Shown: in pieces, positions 35,469 to 46,755 of the stretch
Numbering within the stretch: position 1 is the stretch's first letter
Layout: each line of letters begins with the position of its first letter
NCBI RefSeq assembly: GCF_032444005.1
Contig: NC_091282.1
Span: forward strand, 517,142,001-517,206,000
Reading direction: 5' to 3'
Length of the DNA: 64,000 bases
Source: Ranitomeya imitator
Lineage: Eukaryota
Program-made: the position numbers and the translations under genes
The notes under the pieces: model-generated
What the model was told of the DNA's origin: nothing
Databases searched by the model: none
What the model saw: the letters and a program-made list of their open reading frames with translations, nothing else

Positions 35469-36154
35469 TTAATAAACTTGGCACATCTTACTCCAGTGGA
35501 TATGTCATCAAGACTATCAAATAAGGCCACAGTATTGAGGAATCATGGGGCCATTTTTTTTATCGTGTTTTTAGTCCTGTTTAACAAAAAAAACTACTTC
35601 TACTGCTTATCATACCTTTCTCAGATGTCTGTACTTTTTTTTTCTTACCAGAACAGGGCAAGGCTGATACACTTGTATGCCTAGTGCATGACACCCATGT
35701 GTTTGGGGACTTTAAGGATTAAACCTGTACACCATGAACTCAGAGATGCAGATATAAAAATATCAATGTTATTACATTCCATTTCCGTAAGATGAAATTG
35801 TAAACTATGAATAGCCGCTGTAGGGGGAAAAAAATGGGATTGTATATTGACATCACACAGATAAGTGAGGAAAAAAAGCTCATCCCACTTTTCTGGATGA
35901 AACTGACCCTAAACCTGCACTTAAAGCACAGTTCACACTAGCAGCATGACCACGCACGCCCCTGCTCCAAACCGTCAGTCTTCAGGAGCATACTACCCTC
36001 GGCAAGGCAGGTAACCAGGGGGCAGTGTGCTCCTGAAGATACGTTGGAAAACCGCCATTAACTTTTTTTTTTTTCCCCAGTTTGTGAATCTTGACTTCCT
36101 ATAGGACGTTCTTATGTTCCTCCAGTCACTAAGATACATCGTTCTCTTCCACAG

Positions 36155-36270
36155 TGTTTGATATCTTACGCACGTACTGTGAAACAAGGAGCTGGCCAGA
36201 AGCGCTGAGAGCTGGAGTGTCGCCCGGAAAAGGCTTTGTTCTTCAAGATGAAATTACACTGGAAAACTAA
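36155..36270 (+). CDS. TRMT10B: TRMT10B last coding exon (tRNA m1R9 methyltransferase, SPOUT family, 318 aa total)
   Basis: CCACAG|(V)FDILRTYCETRSWPEALRAGVSPGKGFVLQDEITLEN*. The summed CDS is 957 bp and in frame. Confidence 0.95.
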
Positions 36271-36380
36271 TCCAAATTGCCTTAGTATCTTTCTGTCAAT
36301 CTATTTATTTTGAAAAAAAACTTGTACAACAGGAAATAGAAAAATGAAATATTTACCTTTGTGTTAATGGAAGACATGTA

Positions 36381-37969
36381 CAGGTCCTTCTCAAAAAATT
36401 AGCATATAGTGTTAAATTTCATTATTTACCATAATGTAATGATTACAATTAAACTTTCATATATTATAGATTCATTATCCACCAACTGAAATTTGTCAGG
36501 TCTTTTATTGTTTTAATACTGATGATTTTGGCATACAACTCCTGATAACCCAAAAAACCTGTCTCAATAAATTAGCATATTTCACCCATCCAATCAAATA
36601 AAAGTGTTTTTTAATAACAAACAAAAAAACCATCAAATAATAATGTTCAGTTATGCACTCAATACTTGGTCGGGAATCCTTTGGCAGAAATGACTGCTTC
36701 AATGCGGCGTGGCATGGAGGCAATCAGCCTGTGACACTGCTGAGATGTTATGGAGGCCCAGGATGCCCAGAGTGTTGGGTCTTGCGTCTCTCAACTTTCT
36801 CTTCACAATATCCCACAGATTCTCTATGGGGTTCAGGTCAGGAGAGTTGGCAGGCCAATTGAGCACAGTAATACCATGGTCAGTAAACCATTTACCAGTG
36901 GTTTTGGCACTGTGAGCAGGTGCCAGGTCGTGCTGAAAAATGAAATCTTCATCTCCATAAAGCATTTCAGCCGATGGAAGCATGAAGTGCTCCAAAATCT
37001 CCTGATAGCTAGCTGCATTGACCCTGCCCTTGATGAAACACAGTGGACCAACACCAGCAGCTGACATGGCACCCCACACCATCACTGACTGTGGGTACTT
37101 GACACTGGACTTCAGGCATTTTGGCATTTCCTTCTCCCCAGTCTTCCTCCAGACTCTGGCACCTTGATTTCCGAATGACATGCAAAATTTGCTTTCATCA
37201 GAAAAAAGTACTTGGGACCACTTAGCGACAGTCCAGTGCTGCTTCTCTGTAGCCCAGGTCAGGCGCCTCTGCCGCTGTTTATGGTTCAAAAGTGGCTTTA
37301 CCTGGGGAATGCGGCACCTGTAGCCCATTTCCTGCACACGCCTGTGCACGGTGGCTCTGGATGTTTCCACACCAGACTCAGTCCACTGCTTCCTCAGGTT
37401 CCCCAAGGTCTGGAATCGGTCCTTCTCCACAATCTTCCTCAGGGTCCGGTCTCCTCTTCTCGTTGTAGAGCGTTTTCTGCCACATTGTTTCCTTCCAACA
37501 GACTTACCATTGAGGTGCCTTGATACAGCACTCTGGGAACAGCCTATTTGTTGAGAAATTTCTTTCTGGGTCTTACCCTCTTGCTTGAGGGTGTCAATGA
37601 TGGCCTTCTTGACATCTGTCAGGTCGCTAGTCTTACCCATGATTGGGGTTTTGAGTAATGAACCAGGCAGGGAGTTTATAAAAGCCTCAGGTATCTTTTG
37701 CATGTGTTTAGAGTTAATTAGTTGATTCAGAAGATTAGGGTAATAGGTCGTTTAGAGAACCTTTTCTTGATATGCTAATTTATTGAGACAGGTTTTTTGG
37801 GTTATCAGGAGTTGTATGCCAAAATCATCAGTATTAAAACAATAAAACACCTGACAAATTTCAGTTGGTGGATAATGAATCTATAATATATGAAAGTTTA
37901 ATTGTAATCATTACATTATGGTAAATAATGAAATTTAACACTATATGCTAATTTTTTGAGAAGGACCTG
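36381..37969 (-). mobile_element. Young IR/DR-type Tc1 element (1589 bp) inserted 110 bp after the TRMT10B stop
   Basis: TA TSD, 200-bp TIRs (36381-36580 / 37770-37969) with one mismatch, and inner/outer direct repeats AAATTAGCATAT. Confidence 0.97.
36659..37640 (-). pseudogene. Tc1 DD34E transposase, open until a C-terminal frameshifting deletion
   Basis: MGKTSDLT...HTH...FSDESKF...QHDLAPAH(34 aa)E NLW with an intact triad. At ~36767 the frame shifts, and the native tail ASWASITSQQCHRLIASMPRRIEAVISAKGFPTKY* lies in another frame. Confidence 0.93.
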
Positions 37970-38030
37970 TATACTACGTTCATGTGTCCAAAAAGAAAGT
38001 TTACATTTTTTTTTTTTATCAGTGATTCAC

Positions 38031-38036
38031 AATAAA
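38031..38036 (+). other. TRMT10B: Candidate TRMT10B polyadenylation signal downstream of the Tc1
   Basis: First AATAAA in non-TE sequence after the stop. No AATAAA occurs between the stop and the Tc1. Confidence 0.45.
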
Positions 38037-39310
38037 GAGGAATTTCCCAATAAATTGAGTGCTTTTGATACTGAACTGGTGACATCAAGTTAGGATTCTT
38101 GGCTTATATAAAGTCATTCATTCTGCTCTAGAAAGCATTTTTCAGCAAATGCCACACTGTCATCCACAATGTAGGATGCCTCATTCAAAGGCCATTTTAC
38201 ATGAATCCATTACATGGTCATGATTAAGGAAATATGGGGCCACAGAATAAGAGACCTGCGGCCTTTGATCTCAGTCACATATCAAACTCCGTTATTTAAA
38301 TATTTTTTTTGCATACAAGAAAAATGTAATTGTACACAGTGAAAGAAGGACCAACAATGGATAAATTCCATAAGGGTGAGTGTTTCCTCATACACAAAAA
38401 CCAAGTTGATGCATGAGAGACTAAAATGCAGTTTTCCATAAAGAGAGAAGGACAAATGTTTCCTACTATTACATTTTATGTAGCAGTGGCACACCTATGG
38501 GTTAACAGTATCTCAAGGGATGGTCACCGGCGTTATGTATCCTCCGCTCCAAGTGTAGCTACCCTATAGATGACCAATGTCCAAGTTGGGGACCTTTAAG
38601 GTTAATGCGTTTGTATAGTTTTGTGAGGCTTTTTTTATTTTATGGATGTGGAGGAACACTTCAGGTAAAACTGATATTTAGGATATCTTGTGCCCGCTCT
38701 CAGTAGGTGAACACATGCGTACTGGCAACTAGAAACCACAAGTGTCCGGATAAATTATATAGCACACGCCGCTCAGCTGTTGCATTTTGTTCAGTTTTCT
38801 CAGTGCAATAATTAAAATTTTCCTTTGATACAGACATTTTGGCTTTTTCGATTTACCATGTAGTGTACTGCAAAACAGGAATGAGAAATTCCAAATGCTA
38901 TGAAGCTGATGTACTATGAGCTGTGCCCTTATGTGTATTGTGCAATCGGTGGGCATCTCAGGACCCAGGCCCTCAATGATCTGCAGACAAAATCATTGGA
39001 AAAGGGAAAAAAAAAACACTCCCTGTGTGAATCAGCAACCACATAGGGCAAAATCCAAGAAAGTATTGCTGACATTCACTTGTGCTGGATAGGCACAAAG
39101 CAGGATCCTTCTGATCTGTTGTTGTATGATGGATGGCTTCCCCGATCAGCTGCTCCACACCCTCCTGGGCAGGGCACTGGAGATATAATTCAGCTGGAAA
39201 AAGATGGGGGGATGTGATCTGGGCACTGCGATGGAGACCAGAATATTCACCAGCCGAGACGTTTAAGGACGCTACACATTTCAGAGACCGGCCGTCTCCT
39301 TCATAATTAG

Positions 39311-39356
39311 GTGGACCTGACGAAAGGGACAGTGCATCCCTGACACGTGTAGTGCC
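39311..39356 (+). ncRNA. Degenerate minimal hammerhead ribozyme motif
   Basis: CTGACGA-A-AGGGA cagtgca TCCCT-GACAC-GTG-TA-GTGCC, with the core GAAA mutated to GACA. Confidence 0.5.
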
Positions 39357-40062
39357 ATTAATGTCTTATCTTGTGACTAGGCTTGTCTTCTCCATCTCAG
39401 TGCCTGACCATATCTGCCCCGTCTTTTTCCTCCTGAATTGCAAAATATGAAGAAGCTTCCAGAAAGTTTACGCTGTGTCTGAGATAAGACCACCCTTTAA
39501 ATATATATTTTTTTACACTTTAATAAGTATTTAGCTATATGCCGTGTTATTCACCGCTAAAATGGAACTTACCTCAGAAAACAGTTTACCTGTAGGTATA
39601 ATGGTGTGCAGCTTTTAGGAGAAAATTAACTCTTCCTGGAAGTCGCTCGCTTTCAGTCATCATGGCGGTGCATGGAGCGATTACAGTCACTGCTCACTAT
39701 ACCGGGGGGGAATTGTAAGCAAGTCCCAGGACTGAGACCGCTCACCCCCGTCACAGTACAGTGAGCAGTGACTGACTGATCTGTACTTGCCCCTATGGAT
39801 GAAAGCCGATGATGCCAAGGTGGAAATCCATTCTGGCTCCTGCTGGCTCCACTTTTAGTATGGCGGCCGGGCAGCATTTTACAGCCTGCACATTAACCCA
39901 ATATCTGCAGATAGGTGACTTAAGAATACAGCAAATAAACAAGACATTCTAATGGTTCTTACGAGCCAGGTAGCCAAAATAAGGAATTGTGCACAATACT
40001 AGTAACAAAAATATTATTTTATTAAAAAAAGAAAAAAACCTGCATTTATATGGAGTTAAATA

Positions 40063-40261
40063 TTAATCGGAGAACTTGGCAAAGACCTGTTTCCTCTGTG
40101 CAGCAGTTAAATATTCACAAGCCTCCAGTATATTGGCTACAATTAAAGTCTGTTGGATGGTTTTGGCCTTAATCCATATTCTTCCATTCATGCCAATGAC
40201 CAACTCCATTGGGAAAACATTCATTAGTTCCTGAATAATGTCGTTCTGTGGGGTTAGGAGC
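40063..40261 (-). CDS. EXOSC3: EXOSC3 exon 4 (RNA exosome component RRP40, 246 aa total)
   Basis: TTCAG|(K)[74 protein letters not shown]-domain motif, AATAAA 40 nt downstream (40018-40023). Confidence 0.96.
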
Positions 40262-40373
40262 CTGAATAGAAGAAGACATGCAATTAGTTATCCCCAGTAC
40301 ATGCTAATAGTGAAGCAAGTATGTTTCCAGATTTACAAGACACGATCATTCCTCCCTAGAACATTATCCCTAA

Positions 40374-40529
40374 GGGCTCATTCACATGTCAGTATTTGTA
40401 GGCCAAAACCAGGAGTGGCCCCAAAACACAGAACAGGAGTCAATCTTTCAATTATAATCTGTCTGTAAGTTCCACTCCTGGTTTTGGCCTACAAACACTG
40501 ATGCAAAATACTGACGTGTGAACGAGGCC
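40374..40529. mobile_element. Harbinger-like MITE in EXOSC3 intron 3
   Basis: TAA TSD with GGGCTCATTCACA / TGTGAACGAGGCC termini and internal inverted repeats. Confidence 0.75.
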
Positions 40530-41776
40530 TAATGAGGTGTTCAATGGCGTGGTTTATGACTGCCACATACAGCTTTTCTAGAAATGCTCCTCCTCCTAGA
40601 TCTGGTGCTCACTTGGTCACCACTTCTTCACACCAGCAATGGCGGCTCAGTCAGTCAACGCCTGCATGGGCACTTAGGGCTGGTATCACATTAGTGCCGA
40701 ATTTAGACTGTTTTAAAGGACTGACTGTCGCCATATTGTGAGAGCCATAACATTTTTTGCTCCACATGCGAGAACTTGATTTTTATCGTACTAGCTGTAG
40801 TCTTTATTTCGATCATCATTTCTGGATCTATACAACTTTTTCATCCCTTATTACATTTCTTGGGAGGAGGCAATATATACATTTTTATATCCTCTCATTA
40901 GTCCCCTTAGGAACTTGAAACTGGTTCCATATTACTGATACTCTAGTATGGCGATCTTTTATGAAGCCCAGCAACAGGGGTCTTCAATAGTACGTTCGCT
41001 GCCATGGCAACTTGTCAGTACCTCATAATTGTTAAAGGTGAGACATGGAGGCAATACACGCTGGCAGTGACACCCTATCGGATCACTACAATGTGCTGCT
41101 GTCAGAGACTGTCAGTGGAATTTAAGTGGTTAAACAGCAGCAAATGTCATAGCCCTGCTATGTGTAGCAGAATTGATCATCTGCTACACGCGCGGGGGAC
41201 ATAGCAGATTGGCAATGGCAACCATGCTGCAGACACAGACAACCCATCGGTGCCCCGCAGTCACATGACATGGGTGCTGATGGGCAGAGCTAGTGAAGCG
41301 CTTTTGTGATTATGTTTAATGCCGCTCTCAGAGATTGACAGGGACATTTAACATGTTTACAGCAGAGAGTGGATTGGAGATTCCACCTGTGGCTGTTAGG
41401 GGCACATGTCAGCGGATGAATGTCATGTGCTGGAAAAGATGCAGGCTCAGTGCTGGAGCCCGCATTAAAAAGGGGAGACAACATATGACGCATTTATACA
41501 TCATATGTCGCAAAGGGGTTGTTGGTGTTTTTTATAGCAGCAGACTCCTGGAAAAGATGTGTGTGCATACCCTAAGATAGTTACAAATTACTTCTAGGAA
41601 GAGATTAGGCCATGTTCACACTGATGAGACATCCGTGGAATCTATCCCATGTGATGCCAGGAATAGCCCCGCATGCAGTAATATTCTTATTCCTGCTGTG
41701 AACCCGTTATAAGTCATTACGCCCCATCACTACCGCTAGATGAGTGTTCTTGTTCTCCAAGTGTGGCTTCTCTTAC

Positions 41777-41928
41777 TTTCTCACAAGTCCTAAGGAAACC
41801 TTAAACATGAAGCCGTCCAATCCAATGACTCCCATGCCGTTTGCTTTACCAGAGCCATCAATACACGCCAACTCCGGCTCCATGTCTTTATTGGCGACAA
41901 TGAACTGGCCATAGACGAGATCTCCAAC
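41777..41928 (-). CDS. EXOSC3: EXOSC3 exon 3
   Basis: CTGCAG|[52 protein letters not shown]|GTAAGA. 152 bp, phase 2. Confidence 0.96.
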
Positions 41929-42228
41929 CTGCAGTAGGGGAAGAAGCAATACAGAATTACTCATTCAGTAGGCTCTTACAATGAATTTCGCACCAAAATC
42001 TGAATGAAAAAAAACAAAACTTAAAAGCTGCCTGTGACAAGCTCCTAATCCAAAAAAAAGAGGAAACACGGACAAAAGATCGGTTGCACTTCTGAAATTT
42101 AAACAACTTAAAGATATTATGTGCTAACCAAAAATATAGACAAGAAATATGAAGTCATTCCTAGGCCAAGAATTGGCACTGGAATACAACCCATATAACC
42201 GACATTATAGCCAACAGAGCCACGTAAC

Positions 42229-42274
42229 CAGGGCTGTGGAGTTGGAGGTCTGGCTTACCGACTCCACAGCCCTG
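42229..42274. mobile_element. 46-bp hAT-like mini-element
   Basis: 14-bp TIR CAGGGCTGTGGAGT / ACTCCACAGCCCTG, with flanks CACGTAAC and CCTGTAAC (6/8 match, decayed 8-bp TSD). Confidence 0.7.
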
Positions 42275-43036
42275 CCTGTAACTAGTAAATATATGAGATA
42301 AGAGTGCTAGAATATGTTCGATTCCCCACGGCAGTTCCACAGCCACAACCAATGCAGGGATTGCCCGTGAGACATGCAGCAGCGGGGGCCTGAACATACT
42401 ATTATCGCACGCCGAAGACACTTGGTTAGCACATGAGCATGCTCAGATAACACCTTATCCATTCACATTCGCTCAGCACTAATGCTGAGAATATTAAGCC
42501 GCCCAATCATTGCAATGAAAACTAGCTACACTGCAATACCAATTTTTTTTTCTTTAACGCATTAAGACACACGTCAATTCTTTGACTCAATTTCTGTTCC
42601 ATAGCAAAACACACATCTTTGGTTCTTAATGCATTTTTTTTTCCAACAGAAACATACCAAATAACACAAGTATTACACCTCCTTACATAATTACTGAGAA
42701 AAGAAAAATCCTGCCAGAAATTGTGTGTTTTCAGAAGCAGTCTGTAGGTGTGGATTTTTAGACCTGTAAAGTCCATAAAAAGTGTGACCATGCTCTTAGG
42801 ACTTGTTCAGACAGACCGCCACACACGCAGCCTTAATGGCCAGAGCTCCAGTGCACATGGCCGATTTCCCACAAGGACCCATGGTCGGCCTTAGAGAACG
42901 GCTTAGTTACAAAATGACAGAGCTGTGAGCGACCCTAATGCCCACGGAGACCCGTCAGTCAGGGATGTACATAGAGAAGCTACGGGGGGCCGACGAGCAG
43001 ATGGTGATTGCTAGGATTCATTCTTCACGTTCTCAC

Positions 43037-43186
43037 CTTCACATTCGGTCTGTTCTTTTTGGTTGCACCTTCAAACGCCAAAAACGATAATGAAGCTTGA
43101 TCGCTGCCCGCAACATCCAGCCTGAAAATATCCCCAGACTTCATGGTGACAATCCCAATAACATGGTCCCCTTTCACTGGAACGTA
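43037..43186 (-). CDS. EXOSC3: EXOSC3 exon 2
   Basis: TTCCAG|[50 protein letters not shown]|GTGAGA. 150 bp, S1 domain. Confidence 0.96.
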
Positions 43187-43696
43187 CTGGAAGAAAACAC
43201 AGAGCCCTTAATTCTGAGGAAAGACACGCTAGGCCGACACTCCGAAACTGTTCCCTCAGGTTATTCGGAGAGCTATGGAATACACGTGTGGATATACACC
43301 GTCCGATCTGTCCCCTGGGCTCTGGATACAGCGGCAGGACAAGAGCCTCACCCTGCCATGGACGGTAATAATCCCATCACACAATAAACATGGCTAGTGC
43401 CTCTGGGAAATTGCATGGCACCTAAAGGGTTAAGAGATGGCCAAGGGAAATGTGGTCAGAGACCCCCCCATCTGTCTAGCAATCAGCCATGACAAAAGAG
43501 GCTGGCATAGTTTAGTGACATGAGCCGGCCCCCTGGACAGGTTCTGCACATTGCTGCAAAGAAACAAGAGACAAAGGGCTTTTGTTTGGGACAAGACCCC
43601 CAAAATATTGTGCACCATAGTAACCTTCTGAACTCATTAGTAACCCCAATACACATGGGGGCATGTAACCAATATTCCCGGAAAAAAATGACCGGT

Positions 43697-44971
43697 GGGA
43701 CCCCCGTCATGGAGCCGCTCATACACGTGGGACCCCCGTCATGGAGCCGCTCATACACGTGGGACCCCCGTCATGGAGCCGCTCATACACGTGGGACCCC
43801 CGTCATGGAGCCGCTCATACACGTGGGACCCCCGTCATGGAGCCGCTCATACACGTGGGACCCCCGTCATGGAGCCGCTCATACACGTGGGACCCCCGTC
43901 ATGGAGCCGCTCATACACGTGGGACCCCCGTCATGGAGCCGCTCATACACGTGGGACCCCCGTCATGGAGCCGCTCATACACGTGGGACCCCCGTCATGG
44001 AGCCGCTCATACACGTGGGACCCCCGTCATGGAGCCGCTCATACACGTGGGACCCCCGTCATGGAGCCGCTCATACACGTGGGACCCCCGTCATGGAGCC
44101 GCTCATACACGTGGGACCCCCGTCATGGAGCCGCTCATACACGTGGGACCCCCGTCATGGAGCCGCTCATACACGTGGGACCCCCGTCATGGAGCCGCTC
44201 ATACACGTGGGACCTTCGTCATGGAGCCGCTCATACACGTGGGACCCCCGTCATGGAGCCGCTCATACACGTGGGACCTTCGTCATGGAGCCGCTCATAC
44301 ACGTGGATCCCCGTCATGGAGCCGCTCATACACGTGGGACCCCCATCATGGAACCACTCATACACGTGGGACCCCCGTCATGGAGCCGCTCATACACGTG
44401 GATCCCCATCATGGAACCACTCATACACGTGGGACCCCCGTCATGGAGCCGCTCATACACGTGGATCCCCGTCATGGAGCCGCTCATACACGTGGGACCC
44501 CCGTCATGGAGCCGCTCATACACGTGGACCCCCGTCATGGAGCTGCTCATACACGTGGGACCCCCGTCATGGAGCTGCTCATACACGTGGACCCCCGTCA
44601 TGGAGCTGCTCATACACGTGGGACCCCCGTCATGGAGCTGCTCATACACGTGGACCCCCGTCATGGAGCCGCTCATACACGTGGGACCCCCGTCATGGAG
44701 CTGCTCATACACGTGGACCCCCGTCATGGAGCTGCTCATACACGTGGGACCCCCGTCATGGAGCTGCTCATACACGTGGACCCCCGTCATGGAGCTGCTC
44801 ATACACGTGGACCCCCGTCATGGAGCTGCTCATACACGTGGACCCCCGTCATGGAGCTGCTCATACACGTGGACCCCCGTCATGGAGCCGCTCATACACG
44901 TGGACCCCCGTCATGGAGCCGCTCATACACGTGGACCCCCGTCATGGAGCCGCTCATACACGTGGACCCCC
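43697..44971. repeat. 32/31-bp minisatellite (~40 units) in EXOSC3 intron 1
   Basis: Unit GGGACCCCCGTCATGGAGCCGCTCATACACGT, with later units 31 bp (GGACCCCCG...) and a GAGCTGC variant. Confidence 0.97.
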
Positions 44972-45266
44972 ACCAATCAGTAAGGTATCTTATCCTGATG
45001 AGTAGCCCTATAGGTAATAAGGAGATTCAGGCCTTAGTGGCAGAAATGTTTCTCATTTTCACACATCTGAACAATAAAACCCCTATGGAGACTTTCAGCC
45101 AGCGCAGCCATGTGGGGGGCCTTGTATTTGGGGACGAGCCCCTGGGGGGACATACACCTTATATACTGCGCCTTCACTGCTCTGAGGTCTGATCATGCGA
45201 CATTACACGAATGGCAGCTGTGCGACTTTTGTGCCTTATGAGCAGTAACCCAGTCCCACGCATTAC

Positions 45267-45506
45267 CCTCTTCTGATGCGACTCCACCCAGTACACTGCC
45301 GGCTCCCGGTGGCGGAGGAGCCCACACTTGGTCACTTGCAGGTCCTCTCCGTGGCGCACCAGCCCCGGGCCACAAACCACGCGCATGCGCTTAGTATCGG
45401 AGGCGGCAGCTGAGAGGGAGAGCGGGGCGTCTGCAGCCTGCACCGGGAGAAGGAGCACATCACCGGGTAACACCACCTGATCCACGGCGTCCTGGACAGA
45501 CGACAT
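45267..45506 (-). CDS. EXOSC3: EXOSC3 exon 1
   Basis: [16 protein letters not shown]...VVCGPGL...[23 protein letters not shown]|GTAATG. 240 bp. Confidence 0.96.
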
Positions 45507-45660
45507 GCTGCCGGCCTACAAGGGAGGACCTAGTGGGTACAGGACCTTTGATGATGTCACAAGCACGTGATCAGTCACGTGTGTAGGAGAGTAGTCTTTA
45601 GGACGCTCACATGACCTGTGTACAGTGGTCACATGACACGGCTGAAGGTCTCAATCACGT
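45507..45660 (-). promoter_or_regulatory. EXOSC3: EXOSC3 promoter region with clustered E-boxes
   Basis: CACGTG at 45564-45569 and 45576-45581, TCACATGA at 45607-45614 and GTCACATGAC at 45628-45637, all within 135 bp of the ATG. Confidence 0.6.
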
Positions 45661-46444
45661 ATTAAAGGGAACCTGTCACTTGGTTTGGCCGCTATAAGAT
45701 GCGGCCACTGCCTTCCGGGGCTTGTCTATCCCGGCACATGTCAGCTGTGTGGTCACATGCCCACTAGACGCTCAAAGAAAATGATTTGAGCAGGGGGCAC
45801 ACATCTAGATGGAATGTTGCTGAAGTGTACAAATGGCGCATGTGCAGATTGAGATATCGGCTTACGAGTTCTGAATCTGCATGCACCACCACTGGAGGAC
45901 ATTTTCCCAAAGTCCAGCACAGTTAAAAAGGAGAGCATGGTGACTCCTGACGTTTTCTGAAAGTCCAGAGCCTGCCGCAGCCTCGCACCCTCCCTCCCAG
46001 CATCACCCCGCTCTTCCTGCAGCAGCAATCCTGCATCCTGGGACCATGGCTCAACCGTAGCCACCCCCTCCCCCGATAAGCTATCGTAAAAGACGCCCCA
46101 CCATTGTCTGAAAAAACATCTTTATCCTATTTTCCTCTCATGGGATGCGTCTTATGGTCCAGTGCATCATATAATACACAATACCTGATTTGCTGCCTCG
46201 TCTATTTGCTTTATGAGGATATTTTCTGCCACTAACAAACCCAATCAATATTTTATTATTCTTTCCCCCTCCCCTTTATTATTCTTTCCCCCTTATCTAC
46301 GCGTGCAGGGACTCTACATTTTCATTAGATTTACATATATTATCATGTAGGATGGATTTTAGGGATGATTTTACATATAAAGAATCCCCTCCCCCCACTT
46401 ATTTGTAGGATCATTCCTGAACAGACTGTAGCCTTGTAAATTAA

Positions 46445-46755
46445 AGGGACACTGTCACCTGAATTTGGAGGGAACAATCTTCAGCCATGGAGGCGGGGTT
46501 TTCGGGTTTTTGATTCACCCTTTCCTTACCCGCTGGCTGCATGCTGGCTGCAATATTGGATTGAAGTTCATTCTCTGTCCTCCGTAGTACACGCCTGTGC
46601 AAAGCAATCTTGCCTTGCGCAGAGTGTACTATGGAGGAAAGAGAATGAACTTCAATATTGCAGCCAGCGGGTAAGGAAAGGGTGAATCAAAAACCCCAAA
46701 ACCCCGCCTCCATGGCTGAAGATTGTTCCCTCCAAATTCAGGTGACAGTGTCCCT
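46445..46755. mobile_element. T2/Kolobok-like palindromic MITE (311 bp)
   Basis: TTAA TSD and near-perfect inverted arms starting AGGGACACTGTCACCTGAATTTGGAGGG. A partial copy lies at ~29760-29932. Confidence 0.9.

Noticed and set aside
37641-37703. ORF-track start MQKIPEAF... for the Tc1 transposase
   Set aside because: Tc1 transposases of this type begin MGKT. The upstream in-frame stretch is likely 5' UTR.
41621-41645. CTGATGA hammerhead-like core
   Set aside because: No downstream GAAA or stems, and it lies at a Harbinger-like MITE terminus.
43520-45192. Three ~440-490 aa repetitive ORFs and a CRISPR-like 32-bp periodicity
   Set aside because: Contiguous tandem units without unique spacers, in a vertebrate intron antisense to EXOSC3. 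This is a minisatellite, neither CRISPR nor a protein gene.
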